From: Owenia fusiformis
Taxonomy: Eukaryota
Direction: 5' to 3'
DNA: 64,000 nt
Assembly (NCBI GenBank): GCA_903813345.2
Contig: CAIIXF020000001.1
Span: 33,728,001 to 33,792,000 of the forward strand
Shown here: positions 1 through 12,816 of the stretch, piece by piece
How the letters are laid out: each line of letters starts with the position of its first letter
Numbering within the stretch: position 1 is the stretch's first letter
Program-made: the position numbers and the translations under genes
Notes under the pieces: generated by a model
What the model was told of the DNA's origin: nothing
The model's database searches: none
The model's input: only the letters and a program-made list of their open reading frames with translations

Positions 1-990
1 CCTTTCTTTATATTCTTGATTACAGTCCCTACTTCATCCATTGTGATTGTCTCATTTAGTTTGTTCAGTTCTTCCTGCTCGTCAGGACCTTGATTATCAG
101 CATCAAAAAACCTATTATCTTCCATGTCGTTTTTCAGATTAAGAAGGTCTTGATAAAATTCATCGTCAAACTCAGTGTTTTCAGATTTCTTATATAATGA
201 TTCAAACTGATCACGCCATACATTTAGAACATCCTTTTCCCCTGATAAAATGTTTCCATCTTTATCAATCACCTCATTTGGAATACTAGTTTTACACTTT
301 TTTGATGGGCCTAAATTTTCAATTTCTTTCCAAAATTCTTTAGGGTCATTTGTGTTTAGATGTTCAATTAATAGGCGCTTTGAGAGGTTAAATTTTCTTT
401 TAGCTCTACTAACTGTTTTGTCAAAGTTTATTTGTGCTTGTTTATATTTCTGAAGCAACTCTCTTTTATTCCTATCTTGTTTACCAGATATACGAGCGTG
501 TGATTTATAATTTTTTTCACACTCACACAGTTTTTTCCAAAGCTCATCTAGGTTTTGGTCCCACCATGGTTTTGGTGTAAATCTATATCTTTTCTTTAAT
601 CTACTATTGTCAAAGAAGGGCAAAGATTGCTTCATAGCATCATAATACATTGCACATATTTCACTGTACATGTTATTTATATCAACCTGGTTTTCTATTT
701 CACTTTGTATTCGGGTGATAACTGAATTTACTTGTTCCATGATATCATTAGAGAAAAAATTTTGGGGAATGTTTTTAACATTAAACCGTACATTTGTAAT
801 ATCATCTACATCAAGATCACAGGAACTATTTGTTGGAGTACTACTAACTACATAGTCATATTTTACATCTGATAACCTCACTTGACAAATTAGCATAGAA
901 TGGTCAGGTAATTTAGTTCTTTTACTATCAGGATGTATATTAAAGTCATTGCATGCATCAGCAACTGTTTTAACTTCAAAATGTATGTAG
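1..990 (-). mobile_element. 5'-truncated LINE (non-LTR retrotransposon) ORF2 fragment, runs off window start
   Basis: Minus-strand frame read by hand is stop-free from about 1000 to 1. It encodes KLPDHSMLIC (end of the APE endonuclease), PKPWWDQ, NDPKEFWKEI and LNETITMDEVGTVIKNIKKG (the motif just before the RT domain). It is missing from the ORF track because no stop codon lies in the window. Confidence 0.85.
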
Positions 991-1404
991 TCAAAAGCTG
1001 GAAAAAAAAGAAAAATTCTCTGATTTCAAATCAATTTCAGAGCCTGAGATTCAAGAGGTTAAATACCAGACACTTTGTTAAAGTAGAACTTTCAAATAAG
1101 TGATAGAAGTTGTATGTATGTACAACATATGTGCAACATATGTCCACTTAAGATTTCAAAGCTCTTTGAATTACAGTTTTGGGCTTTTGCTCTGTAACAT
1201 TTGATAAAAAGTAGGACTTCTCTTGTACAAAGTCAATGGCAGGTTTTGTGATTGACAAGTTTCTCAAATTTGTCCTTATACTTCATTATTTCTTGAGATG
1301 AATTAAATTGTAATAAGATTGAAGCATTCTCTACATATTGCTTAATATATGTCAGTATTAAAAAAGGTAAAAAATAGGTTATTTTTCAACTTCAATTTGA
1401 CTAA

Positions 1405-2706
1405 AGGTCCATGTGCAGTATGGCAAGTGATTTTAGACAGTCATATCTTTCACCATGAGTACTTTCTGGCCATAAAAACAATTGTTTTTATTAAAACAAT
1501 ATGTTTTCTTTCAAGTGAAGTCCCCATGATAGTAAAATATCAATCCAACTCTCTGAAAAATTATGATCTTGCTTTTCTCAGTTTAAACATATCAAAAGTT
1601 TCTTCTAGACTATACGAACAATTTCTGAAAAGGGGATGCGTATTGAAATGCGTTAAGGTTAAAAACCACATATCCCATGTTATTATGCACCTCATTAAAA
1701 TACTCAAATCTGATTGGTTCTTAGTTGCTTGTAATTTGGCAATACTCTGCTCTTTTCTGAAAACTGCCGGATATTTTTTTAATATCTGACCCTTTCGAGA
1801 AAAAGGGTCGGATATTTTTTTCAATGTTTTTGCAACATTCCCACTTCAGAGTTTTATTTCTTAATAACTAGAGTACTACTTAAAACTTACATCTGAAACT
1901 GGCGGAAAATAGAAGAAAAAAATGCACTTAATCAATCACAATTACCCTTATCATTCAAAAGTTACATATAATTCTGTAAGAACGTCTCGAATAAATAAAA
2001 ATTAAATTCCCGGGGCAAATATTTTCGTCCATTGTAGCGAATAAACTGGCCGGAAGTCGTCTGAGTTTAAAAATAAAAAATAAATAAATGTCAAAATAAT
2101 GTCAACTAAACGACAGTTTAAGCCTGTACTCCAGTAAGTACTCCACTTAACTTTGATTGGGAGGTGCATAATAAAACAAATACTGGATGATCAGGAGCTG
2201 GATATGGCCAGAATACCTATCCTCGAAAAAATATTGGGCTCGGCTACCGCCTCGCCCAATATTTTTTCTCGAATAGGTATTCTGCCATATCCAGCTCCTG
2301 ATCATCCAGTATTTGTTTATTATTTTCCCATAGGGAAAACTCGTGCTATCCATTGTTTTCAGCATCATTTTGGTCATCGAAAATTGATATCTTCAAACTA
2401 GACTTTCAATACAATTATATTTTTGAAGATGTTTTAGACCCCTTGTGGAATAATCTTTTTATGCAATAAAAATCAGAAAAGGGAGATCCTCTTTTTATTA
2501 AATAGGTTCAATATTTTTAAAAAAAATGTTGACATGGGGTCCCTATTAGTAATTTTCGAATTGTTCAATTGATATTTTAATCATCATGGGTACTTCACTT
2601 GAAAGAAAATATATTGTTTTAATAAAAAACACTGTATTTATGCCAAATGTACTCATGGTGAAAGATATGACCGTCTAAAATCACTTGCCATACTGCACAT
2701 GGTCTT
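1405..2706. mobile_element. Non-autonomous TIR DNA transposon, Kolobok-like
   Basis: About 150-bp TIRs beginning AGGTCCATGTGCAGTATGGCAAGTGATTTTAGAC. An orphan end of the same family at 25866-25918 is followed by TTAA. The TSD here is not clean. Confidence 0.75.
2168..2323. repeat. Near-perfect palindromic hairpin (MITE-like)
   Basis: Arms of about 70 bp (ATACTGGATGATCAGGAGCTGGATATGG...AATATTGGGC and its reverse complement) around the loop TCGGCTACCGCCTC. Confidence 0.85.
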
Positions 2707-2969
2707 TTTTAAAAAATCATCTGCAAGTTCCCAGAAGTTCAAATCTGACCTTACTCTTGAGATTTGACCTGCGAAAGGTAAAAAAGGTTGATTTTTCAAA
2801 TTGATTTTTTGGATTTAAATTGTCAGTTTAGTCTCAAAAGGCCTACTGAGATCTTAAAAGTAAAGTTTTAATGTCAATGTCATCAAACTAGGTCACAAAC
2901 TGTGCTATCTAAGTTTCTCAAAGTTCGAGACTATAAATCCATATTTTTAGTTGAAAGTCAGGATTATAA

Positions 2970-3490
2970 GTTATTAAATGATTTGAAGTGCAATACAGGA
3001 TATATTCTGCTCGAGAATTTGCGTATTGGAACGAGACGAAGTCGAGTGCCAATACAGAATATCGAGACAGAAATCATTCAATAACGTTTTTATCGTGTGA
3101 TCCTCTGTATTGCTACTGAGATTGTCCCCTCCGTACCAATATTTTCTGTATTGCGACGGAGATGATCAACGGGGACAATCTCAGTAGCAATACAGATTGG
3201 TACTTCATTTTACAGATCATACGATAATATAAGTAATTGATTGATTTGAAGTGCAATACAGGATATATTCTGCTTGAGAAATTCCATACTGGAACGAGAC
3301 AAAGTCGAGTGCAAATACTGAATATTGAGAGCAGAATATATCCTGTATTGCACTTCAAATCATTCTATAACGTTTTTATCGTGTGATCCTCTGTATTGCT
3401 ACTGAGAATGTCCCCTCCGTACCAATATTTTCTGTATTGCAACGGAGATAATAAATGGAAACAATCTCAGTAGCAATACATATTGATACA
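2970..3490. repeat. Tandem dimer of a double-hairpin repeat
   Basis: Two units (about 2975-3240 and 3241-3490). Each has a GATTTGAAGTGCAATACAGGATATATTCTGC hairpin (right arm partly deleted in unit 1) and a CTGTATTGCTACTGAGA...TCTCAGTAGCAATACA hairpin. Confidence 0.75.
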
Positions 3491-3886
3491 GTGCAAGAAC
3501 TGACCAATCAGAAGGCTTCTTGCCTAGGGAAGGTTTGAAGAGCTAAAAAGTTATAAATTATCACCTTACAAATGAATCCGCTCCATCTGACAAATTTCTC
3601 CGGCGAAAATAATTCCCCCTCCCCAAAATTGTAAAGGGGGTACCTAAATACATGGCAATATCTCAGAATACCTTCAACCAATCTTTCTCATTTTTGCTAC
3701 ATAGATACATTGGGTATAGACAAGTATACTGCTAAGGTGTCAGAAAAATTGGCTTCTTGGCCTTTATTTGAGGGACGAATGAAGAGATTTGTCATGGTAA
3801 TTTTAGACATTTTCAATTCTTGCCGCTTTCATTGTTGCAGGGTCAACTAAAAACATCTACAAACTATATTTGATATTGTAATATGC

Positions 3887-5094
3887 TTATTAGACTCCAG
3901 ATGTAAATCTGGAGTCTATAGCTTTTGTCAGTATTCTTCTTCTTTATTATTCTTCTACAAACGTTTTCTCCTTAACTAGAAGACATTGAGTCAAGTCCTG
4001 TATATGGTCCATTTAGGTCCAGTATCTAGTTTCTCGGAAATTGGGTCAATTTTTTATCTAGGTCAAAGGTCAAGAACTAGGTCAAATCTTAAATCTGTCT
4101 ATTATCTTCGTCGTTATTTATCGAAACAACTTTGTCTTTTTTTCATCATGTAGCTAAGAAACAGCCCTTTCATAAGTGTGCCATCAGATTTTTGATTACT
4201 GTTACCGATTTTGAGATATGACATCCGGAAAGTAGGTCAGAACAAAAAGTTCTCCAAATTCAACATGTGAGTTATGCAATAAGTGTAAAATGATCTCAGG
4301 AATCCGAATCTGCAAATCAAATTTGGATCGGACTTCCGGCTCAAAAATCGCTAAATTTGGTGCCCATGTTAAGTCAGTGGGAAAAAAGATTTTTTTGAAG
4401 TGAAAAATACGAAACATAGACTGAGTTCAGCTAAATATAATGAAAGCTTTTAAAAGATTGGGACCTCAAAAGCCATCTAGCTTCAAAATTTTGACACCAA
4501 AATGCCTAGGTCAAAATCTAGGTCAAATTCAAAGTTTTTCCTTAGTTTTGCGATTCTGACACTACACTTTAATTATATTCTTCGAAATTGTGTATACATG
4601 TAGCCAAGAGTGTGCTAATAGTGTTGGCCTTTTGCCGTCAGAGAGTATTTTGACCCACTTTTGAGATATGGTGTCCGAAAAGTAGGTCACTTCCAGTTTG
4701 AAAGTTATGGCGTTTTGAAATTTCGAGAAAAATCGATCTGATGGTATCCTGATAGAAAGTCAAGAGTAGTGAAGAAAATGTTGTAAATCCATCCATTCTT
4801 CCATCCATCCTTCCTATCCTATCCTTCCTATCTATCCTTCCTTCATACCTTTTTTTCCTATCCTATCCTTCCTTCTTATTCTATCCTATCATTCTTTCCT
4901 ATTCTATCCTATTTTCCCTTCCTATTCTATTCTATCCTATTCTTCCTTCCTATTCAATCCACCCATCCATCTTTTCCTGGATGACTCGGCTTATTCTGGA
5001 TGACTCAGCTTATTTTGGATGACTAGGCTTAAAAAAGTCTAGATCTGGAGTCTGAAATTGAACTTGTTCAATTTCATGAATTTCCAAAGTCTAG
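3887..5094 (+). mobile_element. HINE family C inside left Academ TIR
   Basis: 5' end TTATTAGACTCCAGAT...ATCTGGAGTCTA hairpin, TTC and ATCC microsatellites, and 3' end ATCTGGAGTCT plus an AAATTGAAC-TT-GTTCAATTT hairpin ending in CTAG. Confidence 0.7.
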
Positions 5095-5470
5095 TTATTT
5101 TTATTAATTAATACTGTTTAGTATTTTTTATTGACCAGTGCCCCACCCCAAAAAAGTGGGCGTGGTCAATAATGTCAGTGTTACAGCATGAAATTACATA
5201 AACATATCGGTTCAACACTAAGTAATATATTTAGAAAATATCTTTAAGCTATAGTAATATTATCAAAGCTATATTGATAATTTTATTTGATTTGAGTTAA
5301 TAATAAGTGTATTTCTAGGGGTTATTTTCAGTATTTTTATCGTTTTCATAAAATCAAAGTCTGTTACGAGGTTTTGTACTTACATATCTTATCATGATTA
5401 AGAAAAAACTTCATCTATGATATTATTTATATCATTTTGGGAATTATCTCCATCATTTTCCTCTAGCACA

Positions 5471-7597
5471 TCACTGAAGATATCCACAAGCTCTGTTTGA
5501 GCTGTTTGACACCCCTGTGTCCAACAGAAGTTGGTGTTTTTTTATGTTCTTGGCATAATGCAATAGAATGATAAACACATCAGTGTCTGGTGATCTCACA
5601 GTGATTTTTAAGTTTTGTGTATCAAAACGTTTTGATATGTGAAGTGTGTGTAGAACAATCTTGGTGTCTGCCTCCTCATGGTTATAAAACAGGGATGGTA
5701 CATCTTCACACATTACTTCAGTTCCATCACTTGTGAGTTTCTTCGTACTTTCTTGGTAAGTAAAATAGATAGTTCTCCCTTGTTTCATTTAAGCAAACTT
5801 ATCTTTTTCCATTCCTTCAGGATAAGTTTGATGAGACTTATCTTATTTTTACTGTTTGAGAGGAATTCACCCAAATTTTGGTTTTATGACCATCTATTAA
5901 ATAGGGCTGTGCTTGGCCTCTTCTCTTCCTTTCTGGTGCTTTGATTGATTACTTTTGATAGTCGTCAGTGATAAAATGACATTCCTCAGATTTTGGAAGT
6001 ATCTTAAATATCCTTTCAGCTAGTTCACCAAATGTTGAAGGCCTCTCAGTTATACCGTGGAATAGGGCATTGCCATCTAGTACATGGATTGTGTTATCAT
6101 TTGACAGGTTTTCAACCTTCACATTGTGCTTTTCTAACTCGTGTAGAAGCTTTGCTATGTCAGTCTTCACAGGCATACCATCTGGAGTTCCCAGAGCCCA
6201 TGGGATTGGACTCAAAGGATATTCTAACACTGTACGGATATTTATATTGTGCTGTTCTGACAGAACAACAAGTTGCCCAAAGATGTTTCTCTCTGCCTTA
6301 ACTTGGATTAACTTGTTATTGTATTCTTCAGTGTAGTTTTCTTTGATGTGGACTGAAAGTTTCTCAACTTATTCCACTTTATTGGGTTTGTGAAAGGAAC
6401 AGTTTTATCAATTAGCCTATCCTTTATGAAGTTAGCCTCCCTTCCAGTGGCATCTGCAAACAGTATGTCAGTGGCAATCCCTTGTGGACATGGCAAGTCC
6501 AATGTGTTTTGGTAGTTTCCATTTGCCACAACTAATCGAATACCATATGTCCTTTGCCAATGATTAAATGGTTACTAGTATTATAGTCTTTGGACATGTG
6601 ATCTGTACAAATGGTTTCCAAGAAAGTAACTCTGATGTAAATTCCAGCAATACATCAGGGGGATTGAATTCAGGTATATCACTTGCGGTTACAGATGTGG
6701 TTTGCTCCAGTGATTTATATGCTTCTAACACAATTGTCCTCAGTATGTTTGCAGCTTTGGACACATTAGATTTATTTTCCATTTGTGCCAAGACATCTTT
6801 GTGAAAGATTGTTGTAGTATGGTAGTTAGTCTTTACGAACTTCAATGTGTCACCATATCGTCCTTCTAGTTTCTTTGATAAATGTATTTGCTTATATGAA
6901 CTTTTTAATTCTAGAAAATGTGATTCTATATACCTATTATATCGTTGCGCAAGGTCTCTGAGATTGCCCGTTTGTTTACAGTCAATCATGTGATTTTTAA
7001 TATATGTACAGGTATCTTCAAATGCAAGTTTATGTGCCTCTACACTGACATTCTCACCATCAGAGTGTTGCTTTAGTTTTAATAAATATTTTGACCGACA
7101 TGTTTCATGGTATCTAGCCTCCTTTGCAATCATATCTTCTGTGCAGATTTTTAAGAGAATGGAAGTATGCTTAAGTTGCTTAGCAGTTTCATTGATCTTA
7201 TTTTCAGCATCTTTCGTCATGCATTTGCTAAGCTTTTCTCTTTTACCAGAGATCCTAACACCTGTTCCTTTTTCACAAAAATGCATGTGAGTGGGAAAAG
7301 TCTATTAGGCTGTTAGTTAGATATTCTTGGTTTTTTAGCTGAGGATGGACCACTTATTTCAGGTTTTCGTTTTAAAATATGTGCAGTATTTGTAAACTTC
7401 TTGTAGCACCATTGATGCACTTTGTGTGATGCTTTGTCTATATTCCCTGGTATGCCTGCACATAATGCATTGTCTCTGGAATCCCTTTCTCGTATTGACT
7501 GTGCATATTTCAGATATTGAATTGATTTGTCGGTCCATTTATGCTCTGTTGTATCACAGCATTCAGGTGAGTGTACAATGCATGGGGAGAGTTCCAT
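5471..7597 (-). pseudogene. Fragmented Academ-like transposase / XPG-type nuclease
   Basis: Collinear ORF pieces: KVHQWCYKKFTN; DMIAKEARYHETCRSKY; EYPLSPIPWALGTPDG...HVLDGNALFH; HEEADTKIVLH...SPDTDVFIILL...LLDTG. The EADT and DTD acidic motifs are FEN/XPG-type. Broken by stops, frameshifts and an apparent internal deletion. Confidence 0.75.
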
Positions 7598-8274
7598 GCT
7601 TTTACATCACATGTGATACAAAGTCCTGCATTCCTAAGTTATATTCAGAGACTGTGGACTCTGGATAACAGTAACAATTTTATATATCTGAAAAGCATCT
7701 GTGAAGCTCGCTAGTGTATGAGTTGACAGATTATTCATATAAGATGTAAGTTATAGGTTTGTCTTCTAGCTTCTTGTTTTCTGTGAACTCACTTTCTCCT
7801 CTCATAAATAGGTTGCAGTTTGATTCAATGTATAGAGTGTTCTTTGAAGTATTCCAGATTAATTTTTTTACAAGAACATGCACTTTTATAAATAGGAACA
7901 ACTATCCAGTCACAGATAAAATACTTGGTCCAGTTTGAATACCCAAGTTTTCGGGGAGGGGGTAGGTGATGGGTGATGAAATCGATAATTTCATAGATGA
8001 ATTTTTCTTAAACATGATTAAGATTTGTAAGCACAAAACCTCCTCGTACAGACCATGATTTTACGAAAACCTTAAAAAATACACAAAATGACCCCTAGAA
8101 ATACCTTTATGATTAACTCAAATCAATTGAAAATATCAATTTAGCTTTGATAATATAACTATAGCTTAAAGATATTTTCTAAATATATTGCTTTGTGTTG
8201 AACTGATATGTTTATGTAATTTTATGCTGTAACACTGACATTATTGACCAAGCCCACTTTTTTTTAGCTCTTTA

Positions 8275-9470
8275 GACATGTAAATTGAACAAGTTCAATT
8301 TAAGACTCCAGATTTCAGACTTTTTTAAGCTGAGTCATCTAAATACTTGTAAGCTGAGTCATTCAGCATAAGCTGAGTCAGCTAGAATATAGACATTTAG
8401 ACAACTCTTAAGAATGTTATCTTCGACTCCATTGGCCTAACATGGGGATATCGATCATCATATCGACTTTTCGAGACTTCAAACCGCTATAACTATCTAA
8501 TCAGAAGTTGGATCGAAATTTGGTTTAAAGATTCTGATTCCTGAGAAAATTGTACCCTTAATTCATAACTCATACATTAAATTTGGAGAACTTTTTATTT
8601 TGACCTACTTTTCAGACACCATATCTCAAAAGTGGGTTAAAATACTTTATGACGGCAGAAGGCTAACACTATTAGCACACTCTTTGCTACCTGTATACAA
8701 AATTTTGAAGTAAATTATTAAAGTGTAGTGTCAGAATCGTAAATATAAGGAAAAACTATGAATTTGACCTAGATTTTGACCTAGATTTTGACCTAGGCAT
8801 TTTGGTGTCCAAATTTTGAAGCTACTGTAGCTTTTGAGGTCCCCTTCTTTTATAAGCATTCATTATGTTAAGCTGTACTCAGTCTATATCTTGTATTTTA
8901 CACTTCGAAAAAGTCTTTTTTCCCATTGACTTAACATAGGCACCAAATTTAGCGATTTTTGAGCTTTCAAAACGCCATAACTTCCGAACCGCAGTTTCGG
9001 ATTCCTGAGATCATTCTACACTTATTTCATAACTCACATGTTGAATTTGGAGAACTTTTTGTTCTGACCTACTTTCCGGACGCCATATCTCAAAATCGGT
9101 AAGAGTAATCAAAAATCTGATGGCACACTTATGAAAGGGCTTTTTCTAAGCTACATAATGAAAGTAAGATGAAGGAGTTAGATGAAAGATGTAGGAAGAT
9201 AAATGTCAGAATGTTGAAAATGTAGGACGTGACCTAGTTCTTGACCTTTGACCTACATAAAAATTTGACCTAATTTCCCAGAAAGCCAGATACATTCCCT
9301 AGTCAACCATGTAGGTTGGATGAAGTAAGATGTTATAGTTGGAGAGAAAATCTGTTAGGAGGAAGAAAGAAGAAGAAGAAGAAGAAGAAGAAGAAGAAGA
9401 AGAAGAAAAAGAATAATAAGAAAACAGGCAAAAACAATAGACTCCAGATTTTCAATCTGGAGTCTAATAA
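8275..9470 (-). mobile_element. HINE family C inside right Academ TIR
   Basis: Same termini in reverse orientation, with an (AAG)n tract at about 9363-9410. The body is homologous to 4030-4730. Confidence 0.7.
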
Positions 9471-10011
9471 TAAGCATATTACAGTATCAAGTATAGTTTG
9501 GAGATATTTTTGAAATATAATTTTTTGGTGTTGTATCGATCCTGATTTTTTAGTTGACCCTGCAACAATGAAAGCGGCAAGAGTTGAAAATGTCTAAAAT
9601 TACCATGACAAATCTCTTCATTCGTCCCTCAAATGAAGGCCAAGAAGCCAATTTTTCTTACACCTTTGCAATATACTTGTCTATACCCAATGTATCTATG
9701 TAGCAAAAATGATAAAGATTGGTTAAAGGTAATCTGAGATATTGCCATGTATTTAGGTACCCCTTTTACAATTTTGGGGAGGGGAAAAATTGGGAAAAAA
9801 AATGTTCGCCAGAGAAAGTAATGACAGACGGAGCAGATTCATTTGTAAGGTGATCATTTACAACTTTTTAGCTCTTCAAACCTTCCCTAGGCAAGAAGGG
9901 AGATTAAGCCCCCTATGTGACCCACTATACACTGTGTGAGCACAGGGTCCTTCATTGAACACTTCAAGGACCTTTTCAGATATCTTGTGATTCCTATACT
10001 ATCTTTTACAG

Positions 10012-10211
10012 ACAGACAACAAGAAATAGATTTGCCAGTGACAAAAAATGATGAGTCAGATATAAGTACCATACAGAATAAAAAAGAAAAAAAGAAATCC
10101 ACACCAATGTCTCAGATCACGGGTGTGCGGAAACTACGGCATACAAACAGCTTTACAGGCAACATGCCTAAATATGGTGTTGAAACAGCTCATGAAATGG
10201 AACTTGCAAAG
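10012..10211 (+). CDS. PDE4: PDE4 (dunce) exon A, linker into catalytic domain
   Basis: ttttacag|AC...AAG|gtacat. Encodes (D)RQQEIDLP...PMSQITGVRKLRHTNSF...PKYGVETAHEMELAK. Confidence 0.9.
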
Positions 10212-10549
10212 GTACATATTAAATCAGTTGACTGTCAATCTATTTGAATTTTTTGCATGAATCCCAACCACAACAAAAAACCTTCAACAGTATTTGTTAT
10301 ATCTACACTTTTATATTGATATCCAAGAGTAAGGTCACATATATAATATCTACATTTCTTGGATTAAAAAATAACAAATACTAGGTCATATTATATAATA
10401 GTGAAGCCATTTAAGCCAGACATTAAGCAGGAATCAATGTTTATGGAAAATTATTGATACATGAATACACTTTTTCTAATGAATTTTGGAAATTGTATCC
10501 AGTGGTATGATTTTGGCTATGGCACTTAAATCATCATCTCCAGTATCAT

Positions 10550-10960
10550 TCAATGAACACATATAGCACACCATCCATACACATTGAAATATAATCAACA
10601 TGCCATATAGCACACCATCATTCATAGTGCCTTACAATCAACATGCCATATAGCAAATATTCATGCACGCATAATCAGCATGTCATGACGTAGCACACTA
10701 TCATGCAATTTGCTATATATAATCAAGATGTCATTTAACACACCATCATACTCATTGCTGCATAATCAACATCATACAATCAACATGTCATTTAACATCC
10801 CATCATACACATTGCTGCATAATCAACATGTCATGTAGCACACTATCATGCAATTTGCTTTCCAATCAACATGTCATATACTCTCATACAATCAATACAT
10901 CATAAAGTACCGCCATCATGCATATTGTCATAATGTATATGCAATATGCCACACAGTCAA
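10550..10960. repeat. Degenerate minisatellite, about 39-bp unit
   Basis: Repeats of AATCAACATG(T/C)CATATAGCACACCATCATACACATTG. Confidence 0.8.
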
Positions 10961-10981
10961 CATGCTTTCTTGGTATTTCAG

Positions 10982-11080
10982 ATTCTATGTGACATAGATA
11001 GATGGGGAGTTGACATGTTCAAGATCTCTGAGCTATCAGGAAAACGACCTCTTACCGCAGTCACTTACCAAATTTTTAAG
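10982..11080 (+). CDS. PDE4: PDE4 exon B (99 nt)
   Basis: tttcag|ATT...AAG|gtaaat. Encodes ILCDIDRWGVDMFKISELSGKRPLTAVTYQIFK. Not in the ORF track. Confidence 0.95.
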
Positions 11081-11350
11081 GTAAATCTAGTATCATACTG
11101 TTGATTTGCAATCATTCAGTAACTTATAGTTGAAGCGTCATCTATACATTTGCACATCTATTCAGGAAAGCCATACTGAAATAGAATCCAACAAAATATT
11201 TCTTTAACTATAAATATTCATATGACTGTTATCCCCTAGCTCTTTAATAAATAACCCAACAGTTGCACAATGCTCGAGTTTCAACTCCCAAAAATATTCA
11301 CAATTTTTGTTTATATTATGTTTTCCAAATTATTTATTTTTTATTTTCAG

Positions 11351-11512
11351 GAACGAGATTTATTAAAGACATTCAAAATCCCTCCAAATACTCTAGTCAC
11401 ATATCTTATGCATTTAGAAGATCATTACAGAGATGTACCCTATCACAATCGTATGCATGCTGCTGATGTGACTCAGTCCACACATGTCTTACTGTCAGTA
11501 CCTGCTTTAGAG
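11351..11512 (+). CDS. PDE4: PDE4 exon C (162 nt)
   Basis: ttttcag|GAA...GAG|gtcagt. Encodes ERDLLKTF...EDHY...[15 protein letters not shown]...PALE (metal-binding YHNxxH). Confidence 0.97.
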
Positions 11513-11665
11513 GTCAGTATTTGTTGCGATAAGATCATATGGTACAGCTGTATGCTTGCCACCTTTTTGAAGTCAATGTCTGGTTGTTTGGTTAACTTTC
11601 TCATAATGACATGATTTGCTAGACTGTGTAATAAGTTTTATCATCTTGTAATTGTTTGTATTTAG

Positions 11666-11765
11666 AATGTGTTCACAGACCTAGAGATCCTGGCAGCTAT
11701 ATTTTCTTGTGCCATCCATGATGTAGACCATCCAGGGCTAACCAATCAATTTCTAATAAACACAA
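11666..11765 (+). CDS. PDE4: PDE4 exon D (100 nt)
   Basis: tttag|AAT...ACA A|gtgagt. Encodes [33 protein letters not shown] (class I PDE signature HDxDHPGxxN). Not in the ORF track. Confidence 0.97.
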
Positions 11766-12141
11766 GTGAGTAACCAAATTTGGAAGACAGATGTTATTTA
11801 GTGTGTCTTTGAGACTTTAAAACAAGAATTCGGTGTATATATGATTCACACAATATTCACAAAATGTATTTGAACAATCCAGTAGCTACAAAACTTTACC
11901 AAGATGTAATCCATTGATAAGCAGCTCATCTTTTGACTTCTTTGGAGGTTTTGGAAGTTTTGTTTTCTGATTACTTTGTTATGTAATCTTATGTAACTCT
12001 ATGTAATTTCTTTTGTTATGTAATCTTATGTAATCTTATGTATCATTACGTGTAATTATACAATATACTTTCTACAGCTCCAAACACTTTTGTTTTTGTT
12101 GTTTCACTTATTTAAAATGCGTTTAAATATAGAACAACAGT

Positions 12142-12480
12142 GTAGATAACAGCAACTTCAAGAAGTAGCAAATCCCACCGAATGTCCATGACTTATATTT
12201 TTAGAAATGGCTGCCGATTTGCCAAATTGTCATAAACAGTGTATTCTTAGTATTCAATTATTAAAGTTTTTGAGTAATAGCCAAATACGTAAAATAATAC
12301 ACATGAAAATGGCCACAATTTTTCAAACTGGCCGCTTACTAGCCAAAGTGTCTTAAGAAAGCGTAAAATGCTTCTAAGTTGTCACATACAAAGTTTCAAC
12401 TGCTCCACTACTTTTCGAGTTATAGTAAAAAACATAACATACCTGGTATAACACATTCAGTTATTGCCTAGATGGATAGA
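12142..12480 (-). mobile_element. Truncated HINE (A-related subfamily), minus strand
   Basis: Reverse complement of the 3' end TTCGGTGGGATTTGCTAC...GTTGCTGTTATCTA, plus units similar to the tandem repeat at 42570-43100. Confidence 0.6.
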
Positions 12481-12517
12481 TGTATGTGTTTCAGTTTAAA
12501 ATGATTATTGTTGTTCA

Positions 12518-12769
12518 TTATCCCACCGAACGAAGTGTTTTTGGGAAAAAATATAATCTTTGATAACTCATAACTCATAACTCTGCTAAAGAAGAAATCT
12601 AAAGATGACAGCTGAATTTCAAAATGGCAACCATGTTTCATAAAAACATAATCTTTGATAATTCAAATACCAGTGGATGGATTTGGCTCAAGTTTTATAT
12701 GACCGCTATTTATCAAAATATGTTTTGTTCATTGGGATTTGCTACTCCGTGGAGTTACTGTTTTTCTAG
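12518..12769 (+). mobile_element. Internally deleted HINE family A
   Basis: 5' end TTATCCCACCGAACGAAG; 3' end GGGATTTGCTACTCCGTGGAGTTACTGTTTTTCTAG. Confidence 0.8.
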
Positions 12770-12816
12770 TTAGGTTCTGAGCTAACTTTAATTTGAAATG
12801 ATTGGTGTTGTTTAAG

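Larger units (their letters stand above)
3516..9898 (-). mobile_element. Decayed Academ-like (AcademX) DNA transposon with very long TIRs
   Basis: Inverted arms about 3516-5420 and 7990-9898 start CTTCTTGCCTAGGGAAGGTTTGAAGAGC. The interior has transposase/XPG-like remnants. The true terminus may be TAGGG at 3525/9889, and the TSD is unresolved. Confidence 0.75.
1040..9955 (+). mobile_element. Helentron-associated non-autonomous element (HINE family B), split by nested insertions
   Basis: Segments about 1060-1404, 2707-2964 and 9931-9955 match the reverse complement of the intact copy at 18429-19418, including the 3' end ACTGTGTGAGCACAG...GGTCCTTCATT. Confidence 0.7.

Noticed and set aside
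9316..9513. Poly-lysine ORF
   Set aside because: It is the (AAG)n microsatellite of HINE-C.
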